Part shown: positions 18,842 to 28,017 of the stretch, one piece after another
Layout of the letters: every line of letters starts with the position of its first letter
Position numbering within the stretch: the first letter of the stretch is position 1
Origin: Bacteroidota bacterium
GTDB lineage: Bacteria > Bacteroidota > Bacteroidia > JABDFU01
Direction: 5' to 3'
NCBI GenBank assembly: GCA_016183775.1
Contig: JACPDY010000001.1
Location: 2,190-66,189, forward strand
DNA length: 64,000 nt
Notes under the pieces: generated by a model
Database searches by the model: none
What the model was told of the DNA's origin: nothing
The model's input: the letters and a program-made list of their open reading frames with translations, nothing else
Translations under genes and position numbers: made by a program

Positions 18842-18926
18842 GGTTTCAGGTTTCAAGTTTCAGGTTGTTTAATAACTACAAACTGAACCTTGAACCTTGA
18901 ACCCTGAACCCTGAACCTTGAACCAC
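18842..18926. repeat. Inverted heptamer-array element (GGTTTCA x3-4 facing GAACCYT x6)
   Basis: GGTTTCA GGTTTCA AGTTTCA GGTTGTT ... GAACCTT GAACCTT GAACCCT GAACCCT GAACCTT GAACCAC. It fills almost the whole mtaB-lgt spacer and ends 1 nt before the lgt ATG (18928). Confidence 0.8.
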
Positions 18927-18927
18927 T

Positions 18928-20097
18928 ATGTACCCCAACCTATATTTCGCTTTCAAAGACATCTTCGGCATTGAACTGGATTTTCTAAAAATGTTTCAGA
19001 GTTTCGGTTTTTTTGTAGCAGTTTCTTTTTTATTGGCTGCTTATTTCTTTTCAATTGAATTGAAACGAAAGGAGAATGAAGGTTTACTCAGTTCCAGGCC
19101 AACACAGATATTAAAAGGCAAGAAGCCAACCACGGCCGACTATATAGTTTCCCTCCTGCTGGGTTTCGTATTGGGATATAAGCTGTTCTTTATCATTCTT
19201 CATTTTGGCGATTTCCTGGAAGATACACAGGGATTCATACTTTCATTGCAGGGAAATCTTATCGGAGGATTGATAGTTGCAGCAGTATTCTGGTTTCTGA
19301 AATACCGCGAAGCCCGGATGCTGGATGATAAGGAGCCACAATTGGAGGATAGCGTCATTCATCCTTACGAGCATGTGGGCAATATGACAACGATAGCCGC
19401 TATCGCCGGGATCATCGGCGCAAAAATATTTCATAACCTCGAGAACTGGGACCAATTTGCGGCAGATCCTTTGGGAGAATTGATGTCCTTCAGTGGTTTA
19501 ACCATGTATGGTGGCTTGATCTGTGGTGCAGCCGCAGTTATTTATTATGCCTACAAAAATAATATAGCTATAAGGCCGCTTATTGATGCCTGTGCACCAG
19601 GTCTTATGCTTGCCTATGGTGTTGGTCGAATTGGCTGCCAGGTGGCAGGTGATGGTGACTGGGGGATAGACAATCTTGCGGCAAAACCCGGTTGGTTAAA
19701 TTTTTTACCGGATTGGTTCTGGAGTTACAATTACCCGCATAATGTGAATGGAGTAGGGGTGCCTATCCCCGGTTGTGAAGGCAAATATTGCGAAATGTTG
19801 CTTAACCCGGTTTTTCCCACACCATTATACGAATCTATCGTATGTATTTCACTTTTCTTTGTGCTATGGAGCTTGCGCAAAAAGATAAAAGTACCCGGTG
19901 TGATGTTCTGTATTTATCTTATTCTTAATGGTGTTGAACGGTTCTTCATCGAAAAGATCCGTATCAATACCGAATATCATATTTTTGGATTCGGGATAAC
20001 ACAGGCTGAGATCATTTCCGCATTGTTAGTTATTGTTGGCATAACAGGTATTTGGTGGTTTAGAAAACACGTAAAGCAAGGGATGACATCGCTTTAA
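18928..20097 (+). CDS. lgt: Prolipoprotein diacylglyceryl transferase-like membrane protein
   Basis: Polytopic membrane protein with SGLTMYGGLICG and GRIGCQVAGDG segments. These match the Lgt G..F.GGL and GR.GN/C signatures. Confidence 0.65.
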   Translation: MYPNLYFAFKDIFGIELDFLKMFQSFGFFVAVSFLLAAYFFSIELKRKENEGLLSSRPTQILKGKKPTTADYIVSLLLGFVLGYKLFFIILHFGDFLEDTQGFILSLQGNLIGGLIVAAVFWFLKYREARMLDDKEPQLEDSVIHPYEHVGNMTTIAAIAGIIGAKIFHNLENWDQFAADPLGELMSFSGLTMYGGLICGAAAVIYYAYKNNIAIRPLIDACAPGLMLAYGVGRIGCQVAGDGDWGIDNLAAKPGWLNFLPDWFWSYNYPHNVNGVGVPIPGCEGKYCEMLLNPVFPTPLYESIVCISLFFVLWSLRKKIKVPGVMFCIYLILNGVERFFIEKIRINTEYHIFGFGITQAEIISALLVIVGITGIWWFRKHVKQGMTSL

Positions 20098-20113
20098 GCG
20101 CAATATCATTCCT
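20079..20113. repeat. Degenerate copy of the AGGGATGACATCGCT palindrome (see 41085-41120)
   Basis: The left arm AGGGATGACATCGCT is identical to 41086-41100. It encodes the last lgt codons (..GMTSL) and is followed immediately by the TAA stop (20095-20097). The right arm AGCGCAATATCATTCCT is a decayed complement. Confidence 0.6.
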
Positions 20114-20121
20114 TTATTAAA

Positions 20122-20916
20122 ATGAAACTCGAATCAATTTGCTTCAAAGTTTGTGAACTAACCGAACAGGTTGGTGGCTATATTAAGCAGGAGTTAACTA
20201 AAGTGCGATCGCAGCATGTGGAAGTAAAAGGGAAAAATGATTTTGTTACCTATGTTGATAAAGGTGCCGAACAATTATTAGTAGCCGGCCTTGGTAAACT
20301 TATTCCCAAGGCAGGTTTTATTGCGGAAGAAAACACATCGTCAGCCAAAGGAGAAACATATAATTGGGTCATTGATCCACTTGACGGCACAACCAATTTT
20401 ATTCATGGTTTGCCTTGCTATTCAATAAGCATAGGTCTTCTGAGGGATAATACACCTGTAATGGGAGTCGTCCACGAACTTAACCTCAGTGAATGTTTTT
20501 ACGCCTGGGGAAACAGCAAAGCTTATTGCAATAAAACTGAAATTAAGGTAACGCAGGCAGCTCTATTAAAAGACACATTGGTCGCTACGGGTTTTCCTTA
20601 CTATAATTACGATCGTCTGGATGAATACATGGAGTTTTTCAAGCACCTGATGAGGGAAACACATGGCTTGCGCAGGTTGGGTTCTGCCGCCGTTGACCTA
20701 GCTTATGTGGCCTGTGGGCGGTTCGACGCTTTTTATGAATACGGGCTTCGTCCCTGGGATGTGGCAGGCGGAGCGTTCATTGTTCAACAGGCGGGCGGGA
20801 AGATAACGGACTTTGGCGGAGGCGACAATTATATTTTTGGCAGGGAGCTGATTGCATGTACTCCGGGTATTCACAATGAGTTTATAAACAGTTTGCAGCA
20901 ATATTTCAAAAAATGA
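20122..20916 (+). CDS. Inositol monophosphatase family protein (SuhB/CysQ-like)
   Basis: Motifs WVIDPLDGTTNF and GSAAVDLAYVACGRFDAF. Confidence 0.88.
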   Translation: MKLESICFKVCELTEQVGGYIKQELTKVRSQHVEVKGKNDFVTYVDKGAEQLLVAGLGKLIPKAGFIAEENTSSAKGETYNWVIDPLDGTTNFIHGLPCYSISIGLLRDNTPVMGVVHELNLSECFYAWGNSKAYCNKTEIKVTQAALLKDTLVATGFPYYNYDRLDEYMEFFKHLMRETHGLRRLGSAAVDLAYVACGRFDAFYEYGLRPWDVAGGAFIVQQAGGKITDFGGGDNYIFGRELIACTPGIHNEFINSLQQYFKK

Positions 20917-21029
20917 AGAAATTTATTTTGGAAATCTACCACAAGTATAAAGATTATGTTCCCGCTGACTTGTGGGCCTTTTTAATTTTCATTATTATCA
21001 CGATCATCGGGCTTATTATAGTGCTTTGA
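20913..21029 (+). CDS. Possible 38-aa single-TM small protein
   Basis: ATGA overlap with the IMPase stop codon. The sequence MKKFILEIYHKYKDYVPADLWAFLIFIIITIIGLIIVL has a clean C-terminal TM helix. It is below the ORF-track size cut-off. Confidence 0.3.
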   Translation: MKKFILEIYHKYKDYVPADLWAFLIFIIITIIGLIIVL

Positions 21030-21070
21030 TATACCGGTTCTTAGTCAATTTAAGGATTTTTCATCCGCCA

Positions 21071-21095
21071 AACCTGCCTGACCGGCAGGCAGGTT
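21071..21095. repeat. Palindrome AACCTGCCTG-ACCGG-CAGGCAGGTT
   Basis: Perfect 10-bp stem with a 5-nt loop. A near-identical copy lies inside the CDS at 54033-54057. Confidence 0.85.
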
Positions 21096-21295
21096 GGTTT
21101 AGAACCGTTTATGCCGAACATTAAAATCCTTTAACCCAACTTATGCAGTAGAAGGGAGTAAAGCGACTGAACTATTTATGCCCTTTTCGGGTATCTGCAT
21201 TAGTTGGGTTTATCCCGATTTACTTGTGCCCATGGGTAGAAAATCACCTTGAAGGTTGAATGAAATGAAGCCTGAAAGCCTGATTTTCTTAATCG

Positions 21296-21324
21296 CTATG
21301 CATTAGAGATTTTCTAATGCATAG
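21296..21324 (-). terminator. Hairpin downstream of the 21349-22854 gene
   Basis: CTATGCATTAG-agatttt-CTAATGCATAG, an 11-bp perfect stem that ends 25 nt before the stop codon at 21349 (i.e. downstream on the - strand). There is no strong U-tract. Confidence 0.45.
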
Positions 21325-21348
21325 TTTGGGGTAGTAAAAGGAGTGTGA

Positions 21349-22854
21349 TCACGAATTTTTTTCCAAGGCTTTTTCTTTCACCACTTTGGCAAAATGTTTT
21401 CCTGTTATTTTACTTTCCGCCCAACATAATATAAAATCAGTCTGTGATCTTTTCTCTTCGGATTCTTTTTTTCTGATCTTTTCTACTTCATCTCTGAATA
21501 TGATCAGTTCGGCTATAAGTTCTTTTTTGCTATTGATCTTCGGGATCTTTTTCCTGATAAAATTCAGGATAGCATGATCCGTTTTGTATAAAATATTTCT
21601 TTTCTGTAAATACCGGAAAGTCGATCTAACTGCATATTGAAGTAATTCCGCATGTCCGAGCTCATAATAAATAATTATGCTGAGCACTTTTGCCATGGAA
21701 TAAACATCGCTTCTGTAATCTATGTTCTGCCGGTTTATTATGTTGTTTATATGTTTGATGGCCATATTGTACTCCTCTGATCCGAAATAAACGATCGAAA
21801 TGGAATAATTAATATGTATAAAATCGGACAGGGTGTATCGGGTGCCTTCATAAATGTGAAACTTTGATTTTATTTGTTTCACTACCTCTATCCCTTTTTC
21901 GAATTTCCCCTGATTATTATAATGCACTAATTCGACAGAGTTAGTAATAATAAATAACCTGTTCCTGGCATTTTCATTTAATGAAGGGAAATTTTCAGGT
22001 AGCGCTTTTAACTTTTGTATGGTCTGAAATGCCTCATCAAATTTTTTGAGTTGATTTTGGCTATTGATCAGATTTCCCAGACAGGCTATATATCTTTCCG
22101 GTATAAGCTCAATATTGTGAGGATGTTTTTCCATCAAGGATACCAGCTTCTTTCTGAAATTATATATCTGAATACGATCCCCTGTATATTCATAATACTG
22201 GCAATAACATAAGTAAAAGCTGAAAAGTGCCTGGTAGGTTTGAGCTTCTTTTTCATCGCTCAGTAAACGATCTTTCATCGCTCTTTTTTTAGTGCTGTCC
22301 GGACCCAGGTATAATTGATGATCCAATAGCAGGTATTCGGTTTGGTTTTTATATTTTTCGACTGTGCTAAGCATTGTTTTGATGACCTGTTCGACTTGTA
22401 CAAAGGGGACATTGTAGTAATTCTTTCTTCGCATTAGCCGGTCTTCCAACTCCATGATCTGAAGTAATGATAACAGCTGCCCATATTTCTCAGCTTTCTT
22501 TTTCGCCTTCGCCACCATTTTCTCAGCCTGCTCCAGCAAACCTTTATCGCGTAATATTTCTATGTAATCAATTTCCGCTTTTAACTTATTTGTAAATGAA
22601 ATATTGGCATTATACGTCCTGAGGCTTCTTAGTATCGCATTATACAGTCTGACTTTTATTACCGAGAGATCCGAAATGTATTTTTCGGTTTTTATTAATT
22701 TTTCCTCATCATATTCCTTTTGTTGTTCAATTACGTCAAAAAAACGCACATAATTGTTTTCGTCGCCTTTACCATGCATTGATGTAAATAATTTAAAATG
22801 TCTTTTTTCCGACTTGCTTAATGACTTAATAAGGGCGAAAAGTTCTTTTGACAC
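21349..22854 (-). CDS. Uncharacterised all-helical (TPR-like) protein, paralog of 3767-5323; candidate regulator/partner of giant paralog 3
   Basis: 501-aa ORF with a GTG start. It has the same N- and C-terminal signatures as 3767-5323 and is divergent from 23096-26392. Confidence 0.8.
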   Translation of the reverse strand: MSKELFALIKSLSKSEKRHFKLFTSMHGKGDENNYVRFFDVIEQQKEYDEEKLIKTEKYISDLSVIKVRLYNAILRSLRTYNANISFTNKLKAEIDYIEILRDKGLLEQAEKMVAKAKKKAEKYGQLLSLLQIMELEDRLMRRKNYYNVPFVQVEQVIKTMLSTVEKYKNQTEYLLLDHQLYLGPDSTKKRAMKDRLLSDEKEAQTYQALFSFYLCYCQYYEYTGDRIQIYNFRKKLVSLMEKHPHNIELIPERYIACLGNLINSQNQLKKFDEAFQTIQKLKALPENFPSLNENARNRLFIITNSVELVHYNNQGKFEKGIEVVKQIKSKFHIYEGTRYTLSDFIHINYSISIVYFGSEEYNMAIKHINNIINRQNIDYRSDVYSMAKVLSIIIYYELGHAELLQYAVRSTFRYLQKRNILYKTDHAILNFIRKKIPKINSKKELIAELIIFRDEVEKIRKKESEEKRSQTDFILCWAESKITGKHFAKVVKEKALEKNS

Positions 22855-23095
22855 GATTTGGAAATGAAGTAAATTCGTTTAAAAATAAGCATTAATAGCT
22901 TAAAAAATGAGTTTATTTACATAATTAAATTAATAATTCTGAATTAGAAAAGAAGTTTAATTGAAAAATTTAATTGACTCTCGCATATATGTTTCTTAAC
23001 TTTCAGAAATAGAAAATTAAAAATGTGGAATTAAAGCCTGTAAGTTTAGCTTTGGATAACTCCGTCGGACAATTAAATTTTAAAAACATATCCGG

Positions 23096-26000
23096 ATGAA
23101 AACAAAATTAGCCTTCGCCTTCTTATTAGTGGAAAAGCTGATTGTCACATCGGCATGTGCTCAAAATATGGACGATCTTTTCATGATAGGTCAGGCGTCT
23201 TATCGACAAGACGATATGTTTAATGAATTAAGCGAATCAGAGAAAGCCGGAATTTATAATAATATTGCAGCAACACCCATTGCATTCAGAAAAAATGAAG
23301 GCCAATGGGATAATAGAACTTCTTCAAATGAGGAGCGGATATTGTATCAGGGATCTTCTCCCGGATGGAATGCGAATATTTATTTCATGAAGCATAAACT
23401 CAGTTTTGGTTTCATGAGAGAAAAAGAAGAACATGGTATTGACAGTATTACCGGCCAAATGCGTAAAGAGAGCTATGAATACTTAATATGGAATCTGCAC
23501 TTTAAAGGGGCTAATCCAGAAGTAAATATAACTGCTGAAGGGAAGGAAGGCAGTCGTACCAATTATTTAATTGGGAATGATTTTAGTAAACACGTCACTA
23601 ATGTTTCCGACTACAGAATGATAAAATACAATGATTTGTATGAGAATATTGATCTGCGTTATTACAGCACAGGTAAAAATTTCAAGTACGATTATATTTT
23701 AAAACCGGGATCGGATATAAGTAAGATACAAATGACATGTGAGGGTATTAAAAATGTACACATTAATGGAGAAGGACAATTAGAAATTAAAACAACTTGG
23801 GGAACATTGGTTGAGGAAATGCCCGAATCGTATCAAATTATTAATGGGGGGAAGAAAAATATAAAAATAATTTATCGGGTGTTGAATGATACCACATTTG
23901 GTTTTAACGCAACTGAAGAATATAACAGATCGTTTCCGGTTATTATTGACCCCATTATTTATAAATGGGGAACCTATCTTGGAAGTACCACAACTAATGT
24001 AGGTTTTGGTTACTCGAGAGATATAACAGTGGACAGCAAGGGTTATGTATATGGAACAAGTTTTTACAATCTTTCATTCCCAACTACCGCAGGTGTTTAT
24101 GATCAAACTTATAATGGGGCTTCTTGTGGGGCCTGCCCTACTGGTCAGGATTATTATTTAGGTGATATTATAGTTTATAAGCTTAAGCCCGATGCAAGTG
24201 CTCTCGTGTGGGCAACTTATATAGGAGGTTCTAAAGACGAGTGGGGAGTGGGTATTGCTGTTGATGAAGCCACAAATGAAGTGATCATAAGAGGAATGAC
24301 ATCATCAAGCAATTTTCCTACTACCGCAGGAGCTTATGATAATAGTTTTAACGGGGTTACAGATGCAGTAGTTTGTAAATTAAATGCAACTGCGGGGAAC
24401 ACATTGATCTATTCAACATACATTGGAGGAACTGATGCAGATGAAACGATCGGATTTAATATTAATGATATCGGGTATAACCAAAGTACTAAAAATGTAT
24501 ATGTGGTAGATTATACACTATCAACTGATTTTCCAATGACTCCGGGTTGTTATGATCCGACTTACAATGGAGGAGGGGATGCTGTAGTTTTTGTTTTAAA
24601 TCCGGGTGGCAATGGGAATGCTGATCTTAAATATGCGTCATACCTGGGAGGTACAGGGCTGGACCGTCCATTTAGCATAGGATACCATCAAAATTATGGT
24701 AAAATGGCTGTCACAGGGATTACTCGTTCTACAGATTATCCGGTAACTGTCAATGCTCACAAAAATACATTTCAGGGTGGGTTGCAGGATGCCTTTATGT
24801 TTATATTAAATCCTGCCGGTAGTGGTGCAGGTGATTTGATCTATTCGACATATGTCGGCGGGAGTGATAATGATTATTCACAGACCATACATGTAAATTC
24901 GATTGGAGAATCTGCAATTTCGGGTTTTACTAACTCAAACAATTTTTCGGCTATTACAGCCGGCTCCTATGATCCTTCTTTCAACACTTGTGTTGTTTCG
25001 GGAAACTCCAACATTTTTATGGTTAAGTTTAATCCAATAGGAAATGTTGTATTTGGCACCTTCTTTGGTGACGGGGCATGGTCAGCCGGTAATGGGATAT
25101 GGGTAACAGAGTCAGGTGAAGTTTTCCTTTCGGGTGAAGTAGGAGACGGTTCGGGAGGTTGTAATATACCTACAACCCCTTGCGCATATGATAATTCCTT
25201 AGCTGGGAGCTCTGACCAATTCTTAGCAAAATTTAATGCTTCGGGAAGTAATTTACTATATGCAACATATATTGGCGGTGGCAGAGCTGATTACCACGCT
25301 TCCGGACTCTTTTATAGCGGCGACTGTTCACAAGAAGTTTATATAGCTGGGGCTAGCCATTCATTTGATTTTCCTGTTACTGCAGGCGTGGTTCAACCTG
25401 TACATAATGATCCAACCGGGTTATTGGACAAACCTGTGGTGTATAAATTCAAGCCGGTAATAACACCAAACTTTACAAATTCTGCCGGTACTCAATGCAA
25501 TTCACCAATTCTGTTTACTGATCTGTCTGCGGGTAATTGTATATGGAAAGCAGGCGCATGGTTACCAACCACCTGGCAATGGAGTTTTGGAGATGGAGGA
25601 GCATCTACTCAACAGAATCCCTCACACATTTATACCACGACAGGAACGTATACTGTAAAATTAATAGTTGGGTGTCCAATGGATAGCATTATTAAAACTA
25701 TTACTGTCACAGGAGTTTGCGGTATGACGGTTACAGCAACAACTGCAAACGTCTGCTCCGGGTCTTGTGCAGCTGTAACATCAAGCGCTGCCGGAGGCGC
25801 AGTTCCTTACACCTATCTCTGGAATACAGGATCTACTGCTCAGAACATAAATCCTTGTCCTGTTTCAACAACCACATATACGGTAACAATAACTGACGCA
25901 GGAGGAATAACAGCTACTTCAACAGCTGTAGTTACGGTTAACCCGGTTGTAAGTGTAACTGCTACACCAACAAATATCAGCTGTAGCGGTACTGCCAATG

Positions 26001-26392
26001 GCAGTGTTCTGGCAAATCCCGGGAGTGGTACGTCACCTTATACTTATAACTGGAGCAATGGCCAAGCCACTCAAGCTGTCTCAGGTTTGTCTCAGGGAAA
26101 TTATACAGTAACGGTAACCGACAATAAGGGATGCAAAGCAACTGCTGCAACAATCATAATTTCACCCCCCGTTATTACGGGTCAATTTGCCAAAGGTACT
26201 TCTGCTTGCACGGGTTGTGGTTGCAAAGAATGGATATTGGTTAGCGCCACAGGAGGTACAAGCCCATACAGCTATTCATGGCCTGATGGATATGTGAACA
26301 GATATAAAAATCAACTTTGCCCCGGAACTTACTCGGTAAATATTAAAGACAAAAATGGATGTAGTATCAATGTTAATCTCAGCGCGCCTTGA
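23096..26392 (+). CDS. Giant secreted SBBP / PKD / SprB-repeat protein, paralog 3
   Basis: 1098 aa with the signal-like N-terminus MKTKLAFAFLLVEKLIVTSACAQ. It has SBBP-type blades (W.TYIGG..D...), a PKD domain (WQWSFGDGGASTQQNPSHIYTTTGTYTVKL), a Cys-variant repeat (VCSGSCAAVTSSAAGGAVPYTYLWN...NINPCP), a SprB repeat, and the terminal CTGCGCKEW module. Confidence 0.9.
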   Translation: MKTKLAFAFLLVEKLIVTSACAQNMDDLFMIGQASYRQDDMFNELSESEKAGIYNNIAATPIAFRKNEGQWDNRTSSNEERILYQGSSPGWNANIYFMKHKLSFGFMREKEEHGIDSITGQMRKESYEYLIWNLHFKGANPEVNITAEGKEGSRTNYLIGNDFSKHVTNVSDYRMIKYNDLYENIDLRYYSTGKNFKYDYILKPGSDISKIQMTCEGIKNVHINGEGQLEIKTTWGTLVEEMPESYQIINGGKKNIKIIYRVLNDTTFGFNATEEYNRSFPVIIDPIIYKWGTYLGSTTTNVGFGYSRDITVDSKGYVYGTSFYNLSFPTTAGVYDQTYNGASCGACPTGQDYYLGDIIVYKLKPDASALVWATYIGGSKDEWGVGIAVDEATNEVIIRGMTSSSNFPTTAGAYDNSFNGVTDAVVCKLNATAGNTLIYSTYIGGTDADETIGFNINDIGYNQSTKNVYVVDYTLSTDFPMTPGCYDPTYNGGGDAVVFVLNPGGNGNADLKYASYLGGTGLDRPFSIGYHQNYGKMAVTGITRSTDYPVTVNAHKNTFQGGLQDAFMFILNPAGSGAGDLIYSTYVGGSDNDYSQTIHVNSIGESAISGFTNSNNFSAITAGSYDPSFNTCVVSGNSNIFMVKFNPIGNVVFGTFFGDGAWSAGNGIWVTESGEVFLSGEVGDGSGGCNIPTTPCAYDNSLAGSSDQFLAKFNASGSNLLYATYIGGGRADYHASGLFYSGDCSQEVYIAGASHSFDFPVTAGVVQPVHNDPTGLLDKPVVYKFKPVITPNFTNSAGTQCNSPILFTDLSAGNCIWKAGAWLPTTWQWSFGDGGASTQQNPSHIYTTTGTYTVKLIVGCPMDSIIKTITVTGVCGMTVTATTANVCSGSCAAVTSSAAGGAVPYTYLWNTGSTAQNINPCPVSTTTYTVTITDAGGITATSTAVVTVNPVVSVTATPTNISCSGTANGSVLANPGSGTSPYTYNWSNGQATQAVSGLSQGNYTVTVTDNKGCKATAATIIISPPVITGQFAKGTSACTGCGCKEWILVSATGGTSPYSYSWPDGYVNRYKNQLCPGTYSVNIKDKNGCSINVNLSAP

Positions 26393-26529
26393 TCCGATCC
26401 TGATAGCTACCTCCTATAATAGCTATTTGATTTCCTGATCAAAATAGTTGGAGTATATGTGAAAAACTATGTTGATAGACTAATAATTTCCCTGCATATT
26501 ACACTCCATTTTTATCTTTTCTTTGAAGT

Positions 26530-27990
26530 ATGACCCCAACCCTCATTATTGGATGTGTTGCAGTTTACTCCGCCTTGCTCTTTTTTATAACCTGGCTCAC
26601 CACACGCAAGGCCAATAATGCAAGTTATTTTATCGGTAATAAGGCCTCCAGGTGGTATGTGGTTGCTTATGGAATGATCGGTGCTTCGTTATCGGGCGTT
26701 ACTTTTATGTCGGTTCCGGGCTGGGTAGGCACGACACAGTTTTCTTACCTGGTTGTAGTGTTTGGTTATTTTGTGGGATATATAATCATTGCGACTGTAT
26801 TGATGCCGATGTACTACCGACTTAACCTCACTTCTATTTACGGATTCCTGGAGCAGCGTTTCGGTTTTTGGTCGTATAAAACAGGTGCGTTCTTTTTTAT
26901 CCTGTCACGAACTATTGGCGCATCTTTCAGGATGTTTCTTGTTATTAATGTATTGCAAACATTTGTTTTCGATGCAATGGGTGTTCCCTTTATTGTAACT
27001 GTAGGCACTTTCATCGTGCTTATTTTGTTGTATACCTACGAAGGCGGCATAAAAACAATTGTATGGACTGATACATTGCAAACCACGTTTATGTTACTTG
27101 CTGTGGTAATCTCAGTCACACTTATCGTAAAAGAGTTGAACATCCCGTTTATAGATGTACTAAGAAGTGTAAATGCCAGCGATTATTCCAAAGTAATTTT
27201 TACCGATTGGCACGACAAGCGGTTTTTCATTAAACAATTTTTAAGCGGTATTTTTATTTGTATTGCTATGACCGGCCTCGACCAGGAAATGATGCAGAAA
27301 AACCTGAGCTGCAAAAATCTGAAAGATGCTCAGAAGAATATGTTCAGTTTCAGTGCGATAATGGTGTTTGTTAACCTGCTCTTTTTATTGCTTGGGGCCA
27401 CCTTGTATTTTTATGCCGAAGCTAAGGGAATTGCGCTGCCAACGAAAACGGATGATATTTTCCCCACTATGGCTTTGCAGCATTTCGGAACATTTGCAGG
27501 TATTGTGTTTGTAATCGGTATTATTTCCGCGGCTTATCCGAGCGCTGACGGAGCGCTTACATCTCTCACAACCTCTGCCTGCATCGACTTCCTTGATTTT
27601 CAGAAGCGTGATGATGAACAGAAAAAAAAGAAAACAAGACATCTGGTCCATTTGGCTTTCGCTATGCTATTACTTGCAGTTGTTGTTTTGTTCCGTGCTA
27701 TCAATAATGAGGCGGTGATCGGAAAGTTATTTACGGTTGCGGGTTACACCTATGGGCCTTTACTTGGGCTTTTTGCCTTTGGTTTGTTTGTTAAAACATC
27801 TGTAAAGGATAAGTTGGTTCCATATATATGTGTTGCATCTCCGATAGTGTGTTATTTTCTTAGCGAGCATTCGGAACAACTTTTTAATGGTTATAAATTC
27901 GGTTTTGAGCTATTATTGTTAAATGGACTTATAGTATTTGCAGGACTTTTGCTTATCCGTAAACCGCAAACAGAATCAACAACAAGTTGA
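26530..27990 (+). CDS. Sodium:solute symporter (SSS) family transporter
   Basis: 486 aa with about 13 TM segments. The GG.KT..WTD..Q signature region (YEGGIKTIVWTDTLQT) is present. Confidence 0.78.
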   Translation: MTPTLIIGCVAVYSALLFFITWLTTRKANNASYFIGNKASRWYVVAYGMIGASLSGVTFMSVPGWVGTTQFSYLVVVFGYFVGYIIIATVLMPMYYRLNLTSIYGFLEQRFGFWSYKTGAFFFILSRTIGASFRMFLVINVLQTFVFDAMGVPFIVTVGTFIVLILLYTYEGGIKTIVWTDTLQTTFMLLAVVISVTLIVKELNIPFIDVLRSVNASDYSKVIFTDWHDKRFFIKQFLSGIFICIAMTGLDQEMMQKNLSCKNLKDAQKNMFSFSAIMVFVNLLFLLLGATLYFYAEAKGIALPTKTDDIFPTMALQHFGTFAGIVFVIGIISAAYPSADGALTSLTTSACIDFLDFQKRDDEQKKKKTRHLVHLAFAMLLLAVVVLFRAINNEAVIGKLFTVAGYTYGPLLGLFAFGLFVKTSVKDKLVPYICVASPIVCYFLSEHSEQLFNGYKFGFELLLLNGLIVFAGLLLIRKPQTESTTS

Positions 27991-28017
27991 ATTTGTTTAC
28001 TTTTACTATCAATTCAC

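Noticed and set aside
16621-18926. CRISPR interpretation of the periodic arrays
   Set aside because: The units are 7 nt with no spacers, the arrays are only 28-42 nt long, many are inverted pairs, and no cas genes are present. They are not CRISPR.
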